A model generated the notes under the pieces. The model did not search any database and was not told where the DNA came from. It worked only from the letters and a program-made list of their open reading frames with translations. A stretch of DNA of 63,885 nucleotides, the filler included, from Octopus bimaculoides (Eukaryota), in the NCBI RefSeq assembly GCF_001194135.2. It is 6 parts of 6 records of this genome, joined end to end, with 100 filler letters (N's around TTAATTAATTAA, not from the genome) between each part and the next. Parts side by side here need not be neighbours in the genome. Positions count along the whole stretch, not along the records: positions 62,857 to 63,885 come from NC_069004.1; 5 more parts are not named here. One strand, 5' to 3'. A program made the position numbers and the translations under genes. This document shows, piece after piece, positions 63,011 to 63,885 of this stretch (within the stretch, counting starts at the first letter, position 1; every line of letters begins with the position of its first letter).

Positions 63011-63594
63011 AGAAATTGAAACGACTATGCAAACGTAGCTTCCATAGTATGGTTTATAGCTAGGTGGCGTTGTGGTATGCATGTGTGAGCGCGTACGTGC
63101 GTATGTGTGTGCGGGTACGTGCGTGTGTGTGTAAGTTCATGTGTGTGTATGCGTGAATAAATGGATGCGTACTGGATATGACCTTAGCCTGCATCCGGTG
63201 GTCGGGTTTTCTTGATCTTGGTGTTGATATCAAAGCTCTTCGGTGAGGGTTTGAGCATTAGCTGTTGGCGATGAATGCATCCTTTGTAACAGATAAGAAT
63301 TAGAACATGGAGCTTAACTTGCATGTGTTGTTTTTAACGCCGTAGACAGCGGTAATCGTCCGGAGAAACGATCACATGTTGACGTTAGGTGCTATGAGAA
63401 GCAGAAATTATAACTGAAGACTGAAATTTGTTAGCACCAGCGAATGTGACTGCTGTCATTTCGGCATAATTTACGCTTCTTCAGCAACAGGCTCGCACCC
63501 ACTGAATAGCAGATCGAAATTCCGTCAAACAGTTATAGTTCAACAAAGCTCTAAATGTGTGTGCGTGTGTGTATGTGTGTGTGTGTATGCGTTT

Positions 63595-63666
<72 letters not shown>

Positions 63667-63885
63667 AACAAGAGCCAGAATAGGCATAATTCGCGACACG
63701 ACTCCATATACTATACAATTTTGAACATCTAATGTGAAACCAGTAAAGTGGCTTCCGATATATTAAAATATAATTAAATTTTAATTAATTTAATTAATTC
63801 TAATATATTCTCTGTTCATTTTCAATTTCATTTCTAATATTTCTCTACTTATTTGGATTAATTATAACATATATATACACACACA

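Noticed and set aside
63440-63492. Minus-strand CTGAAGA..stem..GAAA hammerhead-like motif
   Set aside because: Stem II is plausible, but no register gives an NUH site together with a paired stem I.

Overview
This is AT-rich, repeat-dense animal DNA from a gapped draft assembly, not prokaryotic sequence. The SINE types and microsatellite load suggest an octopus-like cephalopod (inference). About 5 kb is N, and five gaps carry an artificial TTAATTAATTAA spacer. The only host gene I can support is a partial LST2/ZFYVE28 (lateral signalling target 2) on the + strand: three coding exons (26132-26410, 37066-37215, 38416-38468) with clean AG/GT sites and consistent phases. Its first coding exon and everything downstream, including the FYVE domain, are not visible. 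The rest is tRNA-headed SINEs of three families (called A, B and C here; three copies have exact TSDs), relics of RTE, R4/Dong-like and Tx1/L1-like LINEs, a mariner fragment, a complete 1138-bp hAT/Buster deletion derivative with an 8-bp TSD, a tRNA-Asp pseudogene and many microsatellites. Most ORF-track entries are microsatellite or gap artefacts. The most interesting signal is at least four dispersed, sequence-unrelated minimal type-I hammerhead ribozyme motifs with short palindromic stem III (4.55, 38.15, 43.4 and 57.3 kb). One of them is antisense inside an LST2 intron and has a compensated U3-A8 core pair. Also notable: a pre-miRNA-like intronic hairpin (30.8 kb), a CpG-depleted domain matching the gene-bearing contig, and SINEs that share heads but have different 3' tails. 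All alignments and folds were done by eye; protein and RNA family assignments come from recalled consensus motifs, not database searches.
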